NCBI RefSeq assembly: GCF_002113885.1
Contig: NW_018406970.1
Coordinates: 1,796,022 to 1,860,021 of the forward strand
Source of the DNA: Mizuhopecten yessoensis
Lineage: Eukaryota
Reading direction: 5' to 3'
DNA length: 64,000 nucleotides
This document shows positions 60,901 to 64,000 of the stretch, piece after piece. The position numbers were made by a program, and so were the translations under genes. Below the pieces are notes generated by a model that saw only the letters and a list, made by a program, of their open reading frames with translations, was not told where the DNA came from and made no database searches. Each line of letters begins with the position of its first letter. Within the stretch, counting starts at the first letter, position 1.

Positions 60901-61597
60901 GCACTGGAACAATATCATCCAGATCTTCCTCGGAACTAGAATACATTTCTGGGTATAAATATGCCTCCCCTCGACTTTGGTCTCGGATATTGTTTTGTTT
61001 TTTGTTTCTCTCTTTTTTGTCCTTTCTCTGTTTGACCAATCGACTCCAGGAGATAGTTTTCGGCCTAACTGCTTGGCAGCCCTTTGACCCCTGATCCTCC
61101 ATTCCCCCATTTCCAATGACAAATCCGTTCAGTGTTTTAATATCATCTGAACTTCCGATAGTACATCCAGTTCCATTGCTGTTCCCCATGGCTTCCTCGG
61201 CCATGGAATCTACTTCCCCATTGCAGATTGCTTTTATTTTTTCATTTCCAGAATCTAAACTCTGATTTCCATTTGATCTAAGGCTTGGAATATCAAAATC
61301 TGAGTACAAGTGATCATTATGACACGATGTTGCTATGGCAGGTGGAATTGAAGTCGCGGGACTATCGTCGCTTTTTGTTGGAGTGTGGTTTAGTTGCCTG
61401 TTGTTGTTATCCGGTTGTTTGGTTGTAGTACCATCTGTACCTACATCAGTGCCTTCAACGGTCATTGTTTTACTTCTTGCACCATTGCTTTGCTGCAGCT
61501 GTACCCTCAAGCCGACCACAGGCACAGATACTGAAACACTGTTCTTGACCTCTTCAGATTCAATGGCTATTACATGGCTGGTCTCTCCAGTCGCCAT
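48905..61597 (-). CDS. Uncharacterised ~1162-aa protein: long acidic/Ser-rich disordered N-terminus plus C-terminal papain-like (peptidase C39/phytochelatin synthase-like) domain; exons 61597-59205, 56996-56870, 55857-55702, 55040-54929, 53050-52919, 51555-51451, 50438-50259, 49188-48905
   Basis: Eight exons join with GT-AG sites and consistent phases (2,0,0,1,1,1,1). Motifs QIGTSACGPTAVLNV, DAWHHQMVYGV and VYLTNP. A probable upstream exon ends at 62811. Confidence 0.85.
49265..49355. mobile_element. ~90-bp TTAA-flanked MITE (family 2)
   Basis: Copy of 17248-17338. Confidence 0.8.
49740..50175. repeat. ~3 diverged ~145-155-bp tandem units (intronic, probably HINE-related)
   Basis: Recurring ATTGCACATCTGCATATAAT..ATCATGAGAAATTTCAGAAAGTTTGGCC..CTGTAAGG. 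Confidence 0.6.
50545..50724 (-). mobile_element. tRNA-derived SINE
   Basis: Homologous to 19975-20162. Confidence 0.65.
52297..52482 (-). mobile_element. tRNA-derived SINE (diverged)
   Basis: Homologous to 19975-20162. Confidence 0.6.
52548..52814. mobile_element. MITE with GGGCCCGTATTCATGAAA TIRs (PIF/Harbinger-like)
   Basis: Long inverted termini; left arm homologous to ~24345-24430. Confidence 0.75.
54723..54957. repeat. 6 x 40-bp tandem repeat spanning an exon 3' end and its splice donor
   Basis: ACTTACCTGYRGCAGATCTRGAGAAGAGGTAGTAAGGTT at 54723, 54763, 54803, 54843, 54883 and 54923. Confidence 0.92.
55261..55448 (+). mobile_element. tRNA-derived SINE (Meta-like)
   Basis: A-box head GGTGGCCGAGTGGTTA and tail TAAATGAC.ATAGCTGTTAATAGGACGT-(ACAA)n. 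Confidence 0.6.
55902..56436 (-). mobile_element. Short HINE/Helentron-type element
   Basis: AACAAGAGGCCCATTGGGCC at the left end and AGCTCACTTGGGTC..GACCAGATGAGCTAA at the right end. Confidence 0.7.
57124..58719 (-). mobile_element. HINE/Helentron-type element, inverted relative of 22821-24156, containing the assembly gap
   Basis: Reverse-complement match of both termini and of the ~145-bp unit. Confidence 0.85.
57506..58278. other. Assembly gap (773 N)
   Basis: Run of N within a tandem-repeat array. Confidence 1.
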
Positions 61598-62810
61598 CTA
61601 GTCTGTAGCTGGAATGGAAAAATAAATGAATACCAGTAAATAGACATTCCAGCAAATTTTTGAATACTGTATTTTTTCTATCTGAATTTTACAGCCACCT
61701 TTTACAGTTACTTGTATTGAAATTGTGAATTATTCCTTGTTTTTCTTCATTTTGGAAAAATAAAACTTTTTTTTTGGCAAAGGAAGCAGTCTGTATTCGT
61801 CTGTTTTTATTCACCTTACCAGTACTATAGGGGGAATGTGTGAATGGGTTGACGAGGGCTCGCTAGCTGGTAGATTTTAGATTCTTGGATTAATGTTTTT
61901 TCATGTAGGACTTGAGCATATATTTAAAGAGCAACTGTATGTAAGAACAGTAGCTAGTGGGTCTTTTAAGAAAGACTTGGTTGTTTCAGTACCAAGATAT
62001 TTTTGAGAATTTTTAGATCTTGGACTTTTAATGTTTAAACTTTGTAATGTGTTTTTGGGTTCCGTGAGAGTGCAATACTGATTTAATTGGTATGTTAAGA
62101 TTTTTCACTTTTACAAAAACGTGCTGCTGAATCATCAAATTCTTTGATACCAAAATGGCTAGAATTCAGTAGGAATGGGTACGAATATGATTGATACAAT
62201 TCATTCAACCTAACTTGGCAGAACTACTGTAGTTGAGCAACCAGTTAAGTGTGCAGGATCAAACAAACCATTATTTGGTAAATAGTCTGGAGTATGATAT
62301 GTAACATTCATGTTTATTTACTGTTTTAGTACAAGTCTCATATAATTTTCATTCGTTCAAAACCTACTCCATAGAATCGAGGCGAATTAAAAACCTTTAC
62401 TTGTTAGTAAATATACACACAAAAAATATAATATATCAGTGACGTTAAATCACACATTTTTCAGCAGATATGGAATAACTTATCCGACTAAATTAATACG
62501 TCTCGTTTCTGACATTTTCAATTACGCACACATCGATATCAATACGACTAATACTGGCATAAATGAATCAGTAGTTACTGTTATCCAATATAATACTGTT
62601 CAATAAAATGTCACGTCGACGATAATTTCTTTTCCGTTATTAGGAGTATTGTAAACAGTCGGTATCAATCATGGTTGTTAATTTAGCCTTGTTAAAATTT
62701 ACGAAATATTAGAAAAAATGGCAAACATCAGAAACGGTTTTCCGCATAATATGACAATTTTGATTCCCATAGACACTCAAACACCATATTAAAATCAATT
62801 AAAAACTTAC

Positions 62811-63076
62811 CTTTATAATGTATTATGTCTACATAGAAGATGAATAGGGCAAATTTAGAGTTTTTGGTGTCATTCCCAAGGTCCAAACTTTCTTCCGCCA
62901 TATTGCTTGATGGGTTTTAGTTCGGATTCCTCTTACTTTGGCTACTATGTCAATCAAAACCCTAGATGAGTTCCGAAATAACAAATTTCAGGAATCTTTA
63001 CAATCAGCCAATCAAAAATTTCCTTACATCAGAGTACGCAAAGGTGATTAATTGAAAATGGCTGCCATTAGTAAGT
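62811..63076. promoter_or_regulatory. Probable bidirectional promoter and first exons: - strand exon ending at 62811 (papain-like gene) and a + strand start near 63058
   Basis: - strand donor AAG|GTAAGT at 62810; YY1-type AATATGGCGG (-) near 62900 and AAAATGGCTG (+) near 63055; CCAAT box AGCCAATCA at 63006; + strand GTAAGT at 63071. Confidence 0.5.
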
Positions 63077-64000
63077 TGTTGAAGAAAAGGAGGATGGTAT
63101 TTCGGGTTATTTTTCTGATGTTAGCAAAATCACACGTATACCAATGGCATTTTATTGACGGTTGCTTTTATTACAATATACGATTACGTGAAATATTTCA
63201 ATATGATTAAGTAAACCTTGTTATTGATTAATAAACAGTGGTCGTCGGTGATACAAAATTGAAAATACACACAAAAAAATGGTTACTCAATGTTTGTGTG
63301 TTTTAAAATTATTAAGGTCAAATAAAAATTAAATGTAGACCGTCCTGGATTCTGTTCATTTGGGTACTCGTGTATTTTCGGTATTCATTGTCAGAAATGT
63401 TATGTTGAGAGTTCGAAATCCCTACCTACCCAGTATTTGGCAGTAATATTTTGCCTTAAAATTTGATCCAAAACATCCTATTTCTTTTCCTGGAAAGTTA
63501 GAAATGACCGAGAATAAATGTTCCATATTGTACGTGTATGATCAAATGATAATGTTTTATCAATTAATTGTCTTTAGGTAGTTTACAAAGTGGTTTTAAG
63601 CAACAAAATAATTGCTACTAACATACTAATAATCTTAAAGAGAACATTATTTTTGCCTATAATGTATCACAAAATATTGTAATAGAGAAAGAATGTTTTG
63701 TGATGATATGTATCCCCAAATATTGTAGGAAGAAAAAGGTGCTTAATTCAGTCCAATTCCACTTGTTTATTGGGTTTAACCAATTTAAAAAGGAGCTATT
63801 GTCAGAATGATATAATCTCATATGGATTGATCACACAAGTTGTATTTAAAATTTCATTAAAGCAACAGATTATGAAATTTGCACCACTAATAAAAGCCTG
63901 TTCATTTGGTTATTGGCCATTTATGTCTGTATTTTAATTTGTAGTCATTTGCAAAGTTAAAACACCTAGCACTAGATGCATCAAAATAAGCTTTTGAAAA

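Overview
AT-rich eukaryotic genomic DNA with GT-AG introns. The repeat content and a bivalve-type tyrosinase suggest a bivalve mollusc, possibly a scallop (inference). Five protein-coding genes were reconstructed by hand with phase-consistent splice sites: (1) a ~2282-aa protein with ~33 C2H2 zinc fingers (+, 4868-13315); (2) an intronless CYP1-like P450 (-, 26880-28391); (3) a 3-exon 416-aa gene ending in an atypical RRM that resembles LINE ORF1p/ZCCHC3 (-, 30660-34717); (4) a secreted tyrosinase (+, 36730-42672); (5) a ~1162-aa protein with an ~800-aa disordered N-terminus and an uncharacterised papain-like (C39/phytochelatin-synthase-like) Cys-His-Asn domain (-, 48905-61597). A probable bidirectional promoter lies at ~62.9-63.1 kb. 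Non-coding DNA holds a miniature LTR element with tRNA-derived LTRs (tandem array plus solo LTR), a 78-bp satellite, Helentron-type (HINE) elements, several MITE families with readable TSDs, tRNA-derived SINEs, a decayed CR1-like LINE, minisatellites and a 773-N gap. No CRISPR array or prokaryotic system was found. All family assignments are by eye; no database search was run.
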